Assembly (NCBI RefSeq): GCF_018977255.1
Contig: NW_024704743.1
Span: 109,060,001-109,124,000 of the forward strand
Reading direction: 5' to 3'
From: Callorhinchus milii
Lineage: Eukaryota
Length of the DNA: 64,000 nt
Position numbers and translations under genes: made by a program. This document shows positions 51,289 through 63,515 of this stretch, piece after piece. Positions within the stretch are counted from its first letter, which is position 1, and the number at the start of each line of letters is the position of its first letter. The notes beneath the pieces are model-generated. The model worked only from the letters and a program-made list of their open reading frames with translations. It searched no databases and was not told the origin of the DNA.

Positions 51289-52562
51289 GTCAGTAAAGAT
51301 TGGTATCTAAATAGTTGCAGAGTTCTGTATTTATAGAACAATTCAACCATAACATCATGCACCTCATTGCCATGCTCAATCATGCGTCTTAATGAGCCTT
51401 TTATGCATGATTAAAGTAAACTGCACTTTTCACTCATTACCATTTAGGACATTATTGAAAAGGTACATTAAAAAAACACTATTTGATGCACACCCCCAAA
51501 GACTCAATGAAAAATGTACCCATGTGGCGTGGCACAAACCCACACAGAGTAGAAAAATCCCATATTTGATTCCTGTCTGCATTGAATTAAGTTATCTTGG
51601 ACAGTTCAGAACTGCAATTGGCATTTTTGTTTGGTCAGCTGGGTGACTGACACATGTGGAAACCCATCACCATACTTAAGAGAATCCAAACAAAATTGAG
51701 AATTCCATGCATCCCACCTTCACATGGAAATTCCAGAGATAGATTGTTGGAATGAAATGTGCACTCCCTCCCTGGAGGGTCGTATTCTGCTGACCTAATT
51801 CCCAAATTCCCACCTAATTTGGTGCAGGTCAGCAGGAGCCAAGGGAGCCCAAAAGTGTGTGTTGGGGGTACTGCTGGATTCTAACCAGCTAAAACTGCAG
51901 AGCTTGTGATTGATATCGCTGTCTGGCAAAAGCTTTCCTGTTCCTTGTCCAGCTAGAACCACCCTACCCATTAGGGCTTTGGCTTGCAGGCCTAACAGGA
52001 GCTGAGTGGGATGATTCCCTTCCCCCAGTGACATTTGGTGTTCCTGGGCTTGGAAGAGGAGAGTTCCACCAGCCAGCCAGAATCAGCTCGTGCTCGCCAT
52101 CTAGTGAGCTCTGCTAGAAGGTGGATGCAGGTGAATGTTAGGTGAGTATGGTGTCATGCTTGAATATCCTCCTGATACACACTGCCTTGGCTCACACGTG
52201 AAGCAAGGCCACTTGGGGTGCGGACTGCTGCTGGAGGCTGTGGATTTATCTCAGTTCGGTAAGCAAGAGAGGAGTAAGGAGAGAAAATAGGGTGGAAGAA
52301 ACTCTCCAATCCTGTTCTCTTGAAGATAGCCTGAACAGATAAAGGGTGAAAGAAAACAACAAAAGAAAGGGTTACTCTCCACCAAAATGACTGATCTAAC
52401 AAAATGGCCCTTTCATGTAAGTTGCATGAAATGCTTTACTACGGTTAACAGTGTTTGCATTATTTATCCTAATTGCCTTCTCATCACTCTTGTGCAATAA
52501 CAAAATCTTCAAAGAATCGGTTATGAACACAAGTGCAGCACCAGTGTCTTATTCTCTCACAG

Positions 52563-52653
52563 GGGCTAGCGTTCTTCATTTCAGTTTTGGCTTTGATGAT
52601 CGTGCTTCGCCATCTTTGGAATCAGATTCAGTACATGATTATTGCTTTGATGG
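52563..52653 (+). CDS. TRIM55: TRIM55 alternative cassette exon (hydrophobic C-terminal isoform)
   Basis: ctctcacAG|GLAFFISVLALMIVLRHLWNQIQYMIIALM g|GTAGGA. 91 nt. Splicing to 59823 reads D-W-F-stop (59831-33). Confidence 0.8.
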
Positions 52654-54129
52654 GTAGGAAGAATTTTTTTACATAAAAAAAGGCATCTTAAGGGCACAAA
52701 GTAGTTTCTCATTCTTCCCTATTGTATGAAGAATCGCAACGATACCATGCTTTATTCCATCTGTAATGATACCGCATCAAAGGGAAAATATATTTTTTAA
52801 GATGGGAATGGAAAGAGTAACATATTTCCCCCTTTTGGTTTTCTCTTGGCTCCTTAAGTCAAGTTTCCTACTTCAAGGAAGAACATGGGACATTCAAGCT
52901 TTTCCCTTTCTGCCTTTCCTCTCAATATTGTCCTATATCTTGGGTTGCAGGAGAAATGCCTCTCAGAGTTGGACTGATCTTACCTAATTTTCCTTCTAAA
53001 CTGGGAGATACTGAAGCTGTTCCATACAAGCAGGACAGCTTGAACTCCCAAAGCTCTGAATGGGAATCCACTTTTTACAAGTCAAGCTGCCAAGCCATTG
53101 AACTGCTGGCCACCTTTGATCACAGTTTTTAAGCTAAATTGCCAAGATACAGGGTTTAAGCCAATAGCTAACCTGCATGTTGCAGCAGTTTTTTGTTTTT
53201 ATTGCTGAATATTTTTCCAGTATTTGCCGTAGCACTTATGAGAAGCTTTGAAATCTTGCAAGTGGCAGGGTTTGATGTTTCCTGACTATTGAGGTTAAGT
53301 TTTGATTTCTTTTCAAGAGAAATTAACTGAGCTGCCGAGATTCTCTGCTTCTTAGCTTAAACCCTGATAAGGCACATTCAGTTTACATCCATGAGAGTGG
53401 GAAGCTACTTTTATGTGAAATTCAAATTATTAACTGAGCGTGGAGTAAAGGCCTAAAAGTTTTTAGTGGGTGAAACAAAGTGCATTTTGTTTCCGTAAAG
53501 TTTTTTGGTGTGTATTTTCACAATTTGGCACAACTGATGAAATTCATGACAATCGGGAACCTTGCTCAAATCGATGTGCAATTCAATAAAATGTACACGT
53601 ATATAGCGCCTTTCGTGTCAGTTGTTTGTCCCAAAGCGCTTCACAATTTTGGCTCCAAAAAAAATCTTAAGTGTGAATCTCTGATAAAGCACGACAATTG
53701 ACCTCATATTACTGAAAGGAAAAGCTAGCATTTTAACTCTTGAATCAGTAATATCTCATGTGGAACATACATGTGTGTGGATATCAGTAACACAGGAACA
53801 GCAGTAGGGCATCCAGTCTTTGGGGCCATTTTATTTCCTCACCCTTTCCAATTTCTCTCAATACTCTTTACTTTCCAAGTATCTCTCTATTTCCCTTTTA
53901 AACAACCCAATCAAGAATAATATTGGGTGAGGAAAGGGTTGGGCTTATTTGTCGTGTCACTGATTAATCTCATAGATGAAGAATGCTTTGTTCCATTTAA
54001 GTGAGGCATCAAAGACCATTGCAAGTTAGTATCTAGAAGAGGGAGACAATTGGAATCAAGATGAAAGCAAAAAGACTCATTCATGAAATTTTGTCCTTCA
54101 GCATGATTGACTAATTCATATACTCCATT

Positions 54130-56392
54130 AATAATTGTATTGCTTCCTTTGTACCTACCGCCTCCTCCTTTCACTGACCCAAACTGACTTTTACTCCAAA
54201 GTCAACCCAAAGGCCAAAAACAACCCAAAGACATTGTTTTCCACCATCCATCACCTCCTCCGTTCACCCCCTCTAGCTCCCTCTATACTCACATCAAACA
54301 CCAAGTGCAAAGAGGTCCTAGAATTCTTTGCCTCAAAGATTGAAAACATACGCTTGGCTGCATATCCCCTTCCACCCCACCCAGACCATCCACACCACCT
54401 TCTCCCTCAGCCACGTCTCCTGCTGTTTCCCCTCCTTCCACTCCATTGCCCCCATTTTTCTTCCATTTCAACCACAATCACTCGTATGAAGTTCACCACC
54501 TGCTGCCTCGACTCACTCCCCACCCAGCTGCTGGTCACTCAACTCCCCCTCTCTCCCCCCTGTTGGCCGGTCAACCAGTCTCTCTCCTCAGGCTCTGTTC
54601 CACTCCCACTGAAAACTGCTGTTATCACACCCCTCCTCAAAATACCCACCCTTGGTCCCTCTAATCTCGCACACTAGCATCCCATCTCCAACTTATCTGT
54701 CCTTACTAAAGTCTTGGAATGCATTGTTGCAGGTCAACTTTGGTCACGCTTCTCCCTCCTTGAGCCCCTGCTGTCTGGTTTTTGCCCTGCCCACAGCACA
54801 TAGACAGGGCTTGTCAAAATCACGACATCCTATCTTTGACCAGGGCTCCCTCTACCTCATCCCCCTGGATCACTCTGCCGCGTTCGAAACAGTCCACCAT
54901 GCCAGCCTCCTCCACCGCCTCTCCTCCCTCATCCACCTTAGTGGAACCGCACTCGAATGGTCCAAGTCCTACTTAACCAACTGCCTCCACTTTATCTCAG
55001 TAAATGATTTCTCCCCCTGCACCTGCGGGGTACCCCAGGGCTCCATCCTTGGCCCCCTTTTTTTCCTCATTTATGTGCTCCCTCTTGGCGATGTCATCCG
55101 CAGACACAGTTCTTCCACATGTATGCGGATGACACACAAATCTACTTTGCCTCCTTCAGGTTCGACTCCAGGTCCGCCGATGTTCTATCAGCTTCTCTGG
55201 TAGACATCAGGGCCTGGATGAGTGCAAACTTCCTGCAACTGAATGTGGATAAGACGGAAGCTATACTCTTTGGTTCCTCTCAACATCTTCAGTCCTCTTA
55301 AACTCCTCAATTTCCCTGGGCTTTCCCTCATACTCACCGAACCAGTGCACAATCTAGGTATCTGGTTTGACCCCCAGATGTCCTTCCTCCCCCACATCCG
55401 ATCCCTGACCAAGATCGCTTTCCTCCACCTGCACCACATTGCCCGCCTCCGACCGTACCTTACCCCAAATGCAGCCAAAACCCTTGTACATGATTTGTCA
55501 CCTCCCACCTGGATTATTCAAATGCACTCCTCGCTGGTCTCCCTAGCTCCACTATTCAAATAATCAACCTTATTCAGAGCTCTGCCCCCCGCATATTTAC
55601 CCGGATCAAACTCTGTACTCCATCTCACCAGTTTTGGTCAGGCTCCACTGCTCCCCAATTCGGAACGGATCGACTTCATGATCCTCACACTCGTGTTCAA
55701 ATCAATTCACTCCCTGGCATCTCCCTACCTCTCCGACCTCCTCTACCCAATTCACTACCCGGCGCCTCCGCTCGACTGGCACCAGCCTGCTACTTGTTCC
55801 TCACACCCTCCGCTCTACCATTGTAGAGTCCTGTAGCTCAGTGGTTAGAGCACTCTCTTTGCAAGCGAGAGACCTGAGTTCAATTCCAGGCAGGGCGAAA
55901 CCTTGGGCAGGTTTCCTTACTCCACACGCCTAATAATAATCTCTCCAAAACCAAAAACAATAATAAAAATTGGTCATTTTCAATCTACGACTGTTTGTGG
56001 GATATTGCTGTTTGTGGGACATTGCTGTGCGCAATTGGCTGCCGCGTTCGCCCACAAATATACAGTCAATTCACTTTACAGTGTGTTCTGTGAAGCGCTT
56101 TGGGACGTCCTCCCGACGTGAAAAGCGCTATATCAAATGCAAGGATTATTATTATTATTGGAAGTCACGCTTTCAGCCACTATGCCCCGAAATTGTGGAA
56201 CACTCTCCCTCAATCCCTCCGCCTTGCCCCTTCCCCCTTTTTAAGTCCCTCATGAAAACCATGCTTTTCGACCGTGCTTATGGTCACTTTCCCCCCCCCC
56301 CCCCCCCCACCTCGGAGTCAGGCTTCGCCATTGTTACGCACTCTTAAGACATTACCCTGCTGCTGGAGGGTGCTATGTAAGTGCAAGTTGTT
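54130..56392 (+). mobile_element. L2 LINE (about 2.2 kb, degenerate) split by a SINE
   Basis: NNPKTLFSTIHHLL, GVPQGSILGPLFFLIY, YADDTQIY, NLGIWFDPQMSF and HIARLRPYLT remnants in order. Confidence 0.9.
55823..56159 (+). mobile_element. young tRNA-derived SINE, full length
   Basis: Same sequence as 1775-2084, with a short internal duplication of ctgtttgtggga.attg. Confidence 0.9.
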
Positions 56393-57714
56393 AATAAAAT
56401 CTAAAATAGGAAAAGATCTAAATTGAATAAATTGTATTTGTGTTTCCCTTGATAACTGTCATCAGAAAATGTACTTTAGTGCAAGAATTTTCTGATAATC
56501 TTGGATTACTGATCTCCACCATTCTAGCACAACCTTCTTTTTTTTCCTGATGTAATTTGATGTCTGACTGAAGCCCCCAAGTAACAGATTAAAACTAGTA
56601 AGTGTTGCACCAGCACAGGCACAATGGTCTGAATGTACGTCTGTGCTGTAAACTTTTTACATTTCTGATTTCAAATTGTTTTCATTGGACACCATTAGAA
56701 AAGAAACCAACCTCACTTTCTCATCCATTAAGACTTTAACACTAAGCGATTGGCTGATTGCTTAAGGAGCTATTGTGCTTCATTTTGTTTGTTGAATTAA
56801 GCTACATGCATCCAATCAGTAAAACATTCAGGCTAGTTACAAGAAGTTACAAGATCTTTTTTTAAAAATTCATATTATATTTCAGGATTAGCTGTAATGT
56901 AGTAGACAAATATTATTATAGATGATGTTATTTGGATTGTTGCTTGGATTTGGATGTTGAAAAACTTGATTTGTTTGGATTCTCTGCAATTCTCCAACAT
57001 AAGAAGTTTTTGGGAGAAAGAGAGATATGTTGAAGTTGAAAGGTTCCCTGTGAGCTGGCAAAGCCTGTCAAAGTGTACAAATACCAGTCACTCCTGACAT
57101 CCATAAAACTGAAACATTAATTTGAACAAATGAAGTTTCCTATCACTGGATATATATGGTTAAATACCCATGATATGTTATAAATCTACAACAGAATATG
57201 AATCTATTGAAGTACTCATCTCTGCAATGTAATTAAATATATGTGTGACATACCTTACTAATAATGAGATGTGGGTGTTGACAGAGGCAATGCCAGTTTC
57301 CACAATGTCATGTCAGTAGTCTGTTTAAAGCATGTCTGTATCATGGGAATACATTTCACAGGCATGAAACATAATTCAAGTGGTAACTCCAAAATAATGT
57401 ATTTGAGATGCGTGTATCTTGTTGATGCTGAGTTACTTTGGGACCCATTCCATGTCTGGCTGCTGGTGAACATGTTGAAATTTGAATAATGGTGAGCTGA
57501 TTCCAAATACCAGCCACACCTTTAATTTTGCTCATTTTTTTTGTGTAGCCGTTTCCAACTGCAAACTAGGTGTATAAGTTGCACAAACATTCAAGCATAG
57601 TTTAATTTGTCCACTTCTTTGCTCTTAAGCCCCTCGCAGGATTGGCTGACAAAAATCCCACACATGCTGTACACAGCTATTTTCCCTAAGTGTGTTTTCC
57701 CAATGACAGCAACA

Positions 57715-58650
57715 ACAATAACTTGCATTTACATATAGTGCCTTTCACGTGGAGCAGTGTCTCGGAGCGCTTAACAATGGCAGAGCCTGATGCCATGCAG
57801 GGGAGAGGAAGGTGGTGACCATAAGCTTGGTTGAAGAGGAAGGTTTTCAATCATGATCTAAAACGGGAAGAAGGGGGTAAGGCAAAAAGTTTGAACATAA
57901 GAACATAAGAAATAGGAGCAGGAGTAGGCCATTCGGCCCCTTGAGTCTGCCCAGCCATTTAATGAGATCATGGATGATTTTCTAACCTAATTCCATTTAC
58001 CCGCCCTATCCCCATATCCCTTTAGTTTTAAAAATCTATTGATCTCAGTCTTGATTCTGTTCAATGACTGAACATCCACAGCCTTCTGGGGTAGAGAATT
58101 CCATAAATTCACTATCCTCTGAGTGAAGAAATGTTTGAAGAAATGTTTTATAATAATAATAATAATAATAATCCTTGCATTTAATATAGCGCTTTTCACG
58201 TCGGGAGGACGTCCCAAAGTGCTTCACAGAACACACTGTAAAGTGAATTGACTGTATATTTGTGGGCGAACGCAGCAGCCAATTGCGCACAGCACAAACA
58301 GTCGTAGATTGAAAATGACCAATTTATTATTTATTTATTTTTTTTTGGAGGGATTATTATTAGGCGTGTGGAGTAAGGAAAACTTGCCCAAGGTTTCGCC
58401 CTCTGCCTGGAATTGAACTCAGGTCTCTCACTTGCAAAGCGAGTGCTCTATCCACTGAGCTACAGGACTCCACTTTGAAAGAGAGTTCCATATCTTCGGG
58501 GTGTAGTGACTGAAAACGCGACCACCAATGGTGGAGCGGATGGGACAGGAGGAGCTGAAAGCCAGAGCCAACCAAGCGGAGGCAGTGAGTAGTGGAGTGG
58601 GGAGAAAGCAGCTTAGAAAGGTAGGCAGGTGCCAGGGTGTGAAGGGACAG
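57715..58650 (-). mobile_element. nested cluster: L2 3' end, CR1 3' end (57896-58150) and SINE (58150-58473)
   Basis: L2 tail at 57715, CR1 FFTQRIVNLWNSLPQKAV with a (ttcttatg)n tail, a full SINE, and L2 resuming at about 58475. Confidence 0.8.
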
Positions 58651-59822
58651 CAGCGATCTCAGTCTGACGTGAAGATGTTCCCCTATTTTTAATTGATTTT
58701 AGCTGAATTATATCAATACAAACAAAGTAGGCATTAGCCATTCCCCAAGCCCAAAATACTAAGATATCCTCCTTTTGAATGACACACGATGCTCTGGTTG
58801 ACTGCTCTGGATTCTACCCTTGTGGTACACTGATGCAGTCCTTTGGCCCAGAGCTGTCAGATACAGACCTGCGGCATAGCGTCAGGTGTTTCCTCACTGG
58901 AGTTTAAAAAAATAGTTGAGAAGGTAGATCTGGAGAGAAGAGGTGAGAAATACGTCAATTCCTGTGGAGTGGGGGATGCGCCTATGCTGAACAGGAGCTG
59001 TTAAAAATTTAACAGCTTCGCTGCCTGTAGACAAGCGATGCCCAGCCAAGCAATAATAACAATAATCCTTGCATTTGATATACAGCTTTATCACGTCGTT
59101 GAGATGTCTCAAAAGTGTTTCACAGAATATATTGTAAAGTGGATTGACTGTATGTTGTGGACAAGCGCCACTTCCCCCTTTCACAGGACGCCGTTGTAAA
59201 ATAAACGGATAACTCATATGCATTTGCTGCACAAGAATGGAACCCTCAATATGCCAGTGCTTCCTTTAATCCTACCGACACTTTTTTTTTTGTTGTCTGA
59301 GAAAGTATGCGTTAGATGTGATGATGAGCAACGTGGATGTGAAGCTCGGAAGTGCAGTCTGAATGCCCAAGGCCGTGATTCCCTTTGGGTAATTGCCCTG
59401 CTCAGAAACGCCTAGGCTCATATGTTCACCTAAGATTAATAATTCTGACACCAGGACCGATAATAAATGAATCCCGAGGTAAGCCAGAATGTTCCTGTCT
59501 GGAAAGACAGGATATGCCTGTGCAATGGAGGTGTCCAGAGCCTGAAAAGCACCCACTCTCTGTCAGAGTGCCCATGCAATGCTCCTGCTGTGTTATTGTT
59601 ATTGATGTGCAGTGTTCAGGGTATGAAATGTACTTCAGTGGTGAATGGGTCTGTGTGGGGAAACGGAACAGCTTTGTTCAGCCGAGATACTCTTTGCAGT
59701 CGCTTGTGGTCTCGCAATCGGAAGGGTGGTGGTGGTGGGTTTTTTTTTTTGCTTTTCGAGCTAATATATATATATTTTTTAAAAACTTTGAACGAACTCT
59801 TGGCTTCACCCTCTCTTCGCAG

Positions 59823-59930
59823 ACTGGTTCTGAACACGCTGCCCCGGACGGGGATGAGGATCAGAGTGGGAGTGAAGCGAAGAGTGGCAAAGGCGCTCGC
59901 CACGTGTTCTCCTTCTCCTGGTTAAACTGA
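59823..59930 (+). CDS. TRIM55: TRIM55 terminal coding exon
   Basis: ctctcttcgcAG|TGSEHAAPDGDEDQSGSEAKSGKGARHVFSFSWLN*. ARHxFSFSWLN is the MuRF2-type C-terminus. Total 525 aa. Confidence 0.9.
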   Translation, partial: TGSEHAAPDGDEDQSGSEAKSGKGARHVFSFSWLN

Positions 59931-60851
59931 CTCCAACAGCAAAGCGCACAGAACAACGGCCCACAGTGAAAGAGAGAGAGGGAGAGAGAATATCCCTCAT
60001 CCATCACTTCCCCCCCCCCAAAAAAAAAAAAATTTAAATTTTTTTTTTAAATGTTCAAAACGTAACCTTCAGGTTTCTGCTGAACTTTGATTTTTTTTAT
60101 ATCGCAAAAAGCGAGATTTAATTTCACCCGTTGTTCTGGTTCTAAGGCTCCACCTTAATTTCACTTGACACCACCACACGATTTGGAGCTGATGGGGATT
60201 TGGAAAATATCAGCGTTCATTTTTTTTTTTAAGATGCACCGAGAGGCGGGGTTTCTGGTAACCTTTCGGGACGTTTCCAACGAACTTCGGTTGACAATCC
60301 GGGAAATGTTAAATAATCTTTTAAGTTCTTACCTGGAGTGTGAAGCGAAGGAATCTGCTCCCCAGACAGCTACAGGGCTGGCGAGGGGGAGAGACGCTTC
60401 ATGTCCAAAACATGTTTTGAGACCATGAATAAGATCGCCCACATCTCCAAGGGCGCAATGGTGTAATTTTCAGCAAGATCGTTTGCAAATCTGAATGATA
60501 TCAATTCAGATTTCAGATTTCAGTTATGTGTGTGTAACGGCGCCTTTTCGGGAGTAATAACCGCGTAGCAATAACGCATGGGATTCAGGTGGGTTCAGAT
60601 TTAATTGATGATAAAAAAAAATCCTGTTCCCACCCCCCCACCCCACCCCCGATCTGTTCGCTCGCTCCTAAAATACAAGCTTCGGAGCAAAAACTTATGA
60701 AGCCATCATTCTGTAACACGAGTGTGTTTATTTCAGTGCTTCAAATGCGTTAGTTTATGCGCCTTTTGCATCAGCAAACAATTCCTTCCCGACATTTAGA
60801 AAATTCACCACATCATTTGATCGACGAACACTGTTGGCTCCCCCCACCCAC

Positions 60852-60891
60852 AATAAAGTTATAAAGCGAGCGTCACTTTGCAGCTTTTATT
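60852..60891. terminator. convergent polyadenylation signals (TRIM55 + at 60852-57; CRH - at 60886-91)
   Basis: AATAAA on the plus strand and TTTATT (AATAAA on minus) lie 28 bp apart between the two stop codons. Confidence 0.5.
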
Positions 60892-61159
60892 AAAAAATAT
60901 AAATATTAGACATTCTCTGGCACAACAAAAATGATTGGGCACCGATATGTTTATTATCTAGATTTCTACAATGTCAGTTGATCGTCAAATACAAGTGTTA
61001 GATTGATTGATTGATTGAAATGTACAACTTTATAGTTTGACGCTATAAAAATAAATGGGTATAATGTCAGATCAGCACGACGTTATAATGTGTTGTTTTT
61101 TTTTGTTTGTTTTTGCGGGGTAGATGTCAGATCTTTGGTGACTGGGGTGGTGTGTGTGT

Positions 61160-61642
61160 CTATTTCCCGATTAGCTCCATTATTTTCCTGTTGCTGTGAG
61201 CCTGTTGCGCCAGTTGCTCGGCTCGAGTCATTTCCAGCACTTCTCTTAGCAGGTGGAAGGTTAAATCCAGGGATATGGGAGGCTCCTCCAGCCTTTTGCC
61301 CCGTTCTATCATCATCATCTCGTCGCCTTCGCCCTGGTACCTGCTCTCAACTTCGTCCAAGTCTCCAACTTTGTCTTGAAGTGCGCGCTTGAGTTGGGTC
61401 AGTTGCGTTAAGGAAACCCCGTGGTCCGGAGCAAAGGCGGGTGGGTCTCTGTAGGTTTTGCCCAGTCGGAGAAGGTATTCCTCCCCGACGCGGAGCCAAA
61501 GCGGTAAGCCCGGCTGCTGCAGTCTGGACTTGAGCTCTTGGCCGCTTGTAGCTGGTGCAGAGCTTTGCAGGGCTCGACAGTCATGGCAGGGAAGAAAGGC
61601 GAGCACAAGGAAGGCAGTGCAAAGCAGCATGAGAATCTTCAT
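61160..61642 (-). CDS. CRH: corticotropin-releasing hormone prepropeptide (160 aa); mature 41-mer at 61169-61291
   Basis: Signal peptide MKILMLLCTAFLVLAFLP, the LRVGEEYLLRLG motif, then KR-LEEPPISLDLTFHLLREVLEMTRAEQLAQQAHSNRKIMELI-GK*. Acceptor ttttccAG at 61652-53. Confidence 0.97.
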   Translation of the reverse strand: MKILMLLCTAFLVLAFLPCHDCRALQSSAPATSGQELKSRLQQPGLPLWLRVGEEYLLRLGKTYRDPPAFAPDHGVSLTQLTQLKRALQDKVGDLDEVESRYQGEGDEMMMIERGKRLEEPPISLDLTFHLLREVLEMTRAEQLAQQAHSNRKIMELIGK

Positions 61643-62735
61643 GGCAGAAAGCTGGAAAACAAAGCCACACACACATTGCACTCACTGCTATTGGCACGTT
61701 TCAAACAACACCATCGGCAGCAAAGAGTCTACACACTTAATGTAATCCTTGTATTGAATGTAGCGCCCTGTCACGCGGAGACGTCTCAAAACGCTTCCCA
61801 GGATTTTACTGCGATCCCTTGTGATCACCCACGAAATACACAGTCAGATACTAAATTACAGTAGATCATGTGAAGCACTTTGAGTTGCCTCAACAACGTG
61901 ATAAGACGTTGCATTAAATGCAAGGATTACTATTATAGTTACTAAGGGGAACTGTTAATGACATGCACGTTATTTTCATTCAAGTATTAGATGAAATGAA
62001 TAAATGAGACGTAACTTGTGTTTCCACCGTCTTGCCAAGACATCTCAATACCTGCCCTGTTCCTTTAGACTCCCTGGATTGGGACTTTACATTAAAATAC
62101 AAACATGATCAATGTTCACAGTGATCATTTCTTTCCTTCTGATGTTGGGGGTCCCTACTGCTTAGAGAGAACACCTACAGAACAGCTCAGCGAGCACATA
62201 CATATGCTATACACATATTGGTTAACGAAGACTTTCATTGTGCACTTTAAACTTTGCTCGGTTCCCCGTAAAGGTTTTCATTTACCCCTGTAACTGAAAG
62301 GAAAGGATTTCCATTTCGTGCTTCGAAAAAAAGCAGACGACAGCTAAAGTATCTGCTATCTAAAACAGTAATGATATCTCACGTGAAGCACAAGAGATTA
62401 AAAATAGTCTGCATTCTGCCAGGGGCTGACTGATGGCTCACACTGATATGCAAAACTTTCGAGGTGAGATCTACAAATCACAGGCAGATTTCCATCACAC
62501 AGGATGTTGCTTTGCCTGATGCCTTGGACTCATGATCTGAAGTAACCAATGCTACCACGTTGGAAGCCCAGAACAGGCAACTGGTACGAGAGAGAGAGAG
62601 AGAGAGAGAGCGCCCGCAGACCTATTTCAAGCTATTTTCAAAACCTCTCATCAATAAGGTAACTGACTGCGTCCCCTAAAAGCTGGAGAGAAAAGTATGA
62701 AGCCAGTGAGATGAGGATGCATCAGGAGCGCCTAC

Positions 62736-62812
62736 CTCAATGAGATCTGATGGATCCCGATCAGTCCCGCTGCCTCGTATCCTCACGATCGGGTTGCAAA
62801 GTGATAGGAAGT
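62736..62812 (-). other. CRH: CRH non-coding exon 1 (approximate TSS)
   Basis: Donor ttgag|GTAGG at 62735, with TATAAAA about 30 bp upstream. The two-exon layout is typical of CRH. Confidence 0.65.
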
Positions 62813-62837
62813 TATTTGGGGGTTTCGACTCCTCCAC

Positions 62838-62900
62838 TTTTATACCCTCCCTCTGCGCTTGGAGAGAGATGCGTCTGCAGCCCCGGCCAGTGACGCATCG
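62838..62900 (-). promoter_or_regulatory. CRH core promoter: TATA box and CRE half-site
   Basis: TATAAAA on minus at 62838-44 and TGACG at 62891-95, in a CpG-rich context. Confidence 0.65.
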
Positions 62901-62963
62901 CCCAGGAGCGGCGTGCGGGCGCACTCATGAATGAACAATGAAGGAGGAGGTGAGAAGGGACTC

Positions 62964-62996
<33 letters not shown>

Positions 62997-63515
62997 GGGA
63001 GGGACACACACACACACACACAGATATTACACTACAACACAAGCGGCAGCAACGCGAGGCTCTCAGCTCCCGGGAACGCAGGGACTGTGGAACAAGTCAC
63101 CCACAGGCAGCACCGTGTTGCACCACACGCAGCAGCTCCCAGTCCAAGTCGCGGCGGGACCCAATTGGCCATATTTTTTTTAATATATAGCGGAGTCCCT
63201 TAATTTGGAGCCGATGCTGGAAGTTGAAAGGGGCAATTGGTGGGTATTATTCTCTGTGATTCCCCCTGACAGCGATTCAGGTTAAAGCGACTACACAGAC
63301 CGACGTGCAGCAAACCCTCGATTTGTTTATTGAGATTGTTTATCTGATGCTCTTTTTTTTTGGGGGGGGGAGGGGTATTAGGATTTTTATAGGGGCCTGG
63401 ATCACTTACTATGATTAGAGATGGCCAGGCATTGACTTTGATGTCGGATTGTGGTTTTATAGGGTTCTGTTGGTTGGTCTTTGGGAAGATTGGGCTATAT
63501 TGGGTGTGGAAGCTC

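Noticed and set aside
54135..55563. Several 100-180 aa ORFs suggesting a gene
   Set aside because: Frameshifted L2 ORF2 remnants, not an intact element or a host gene.
59385..59822. N-terminal part of the 181-aa ORF ending in FSFSWLN
   Set aside because: Intronic read-through. Only 59823-59930 follows a good acceptor and resembles TRIM55.
61643..61681. Upstream 13-aa extension of the CRH ORF (MQCVCGFVFQLSA)
   Set aside because: It crosses the splice acceptor at 61652-53. The real start is the ATG at 61642.
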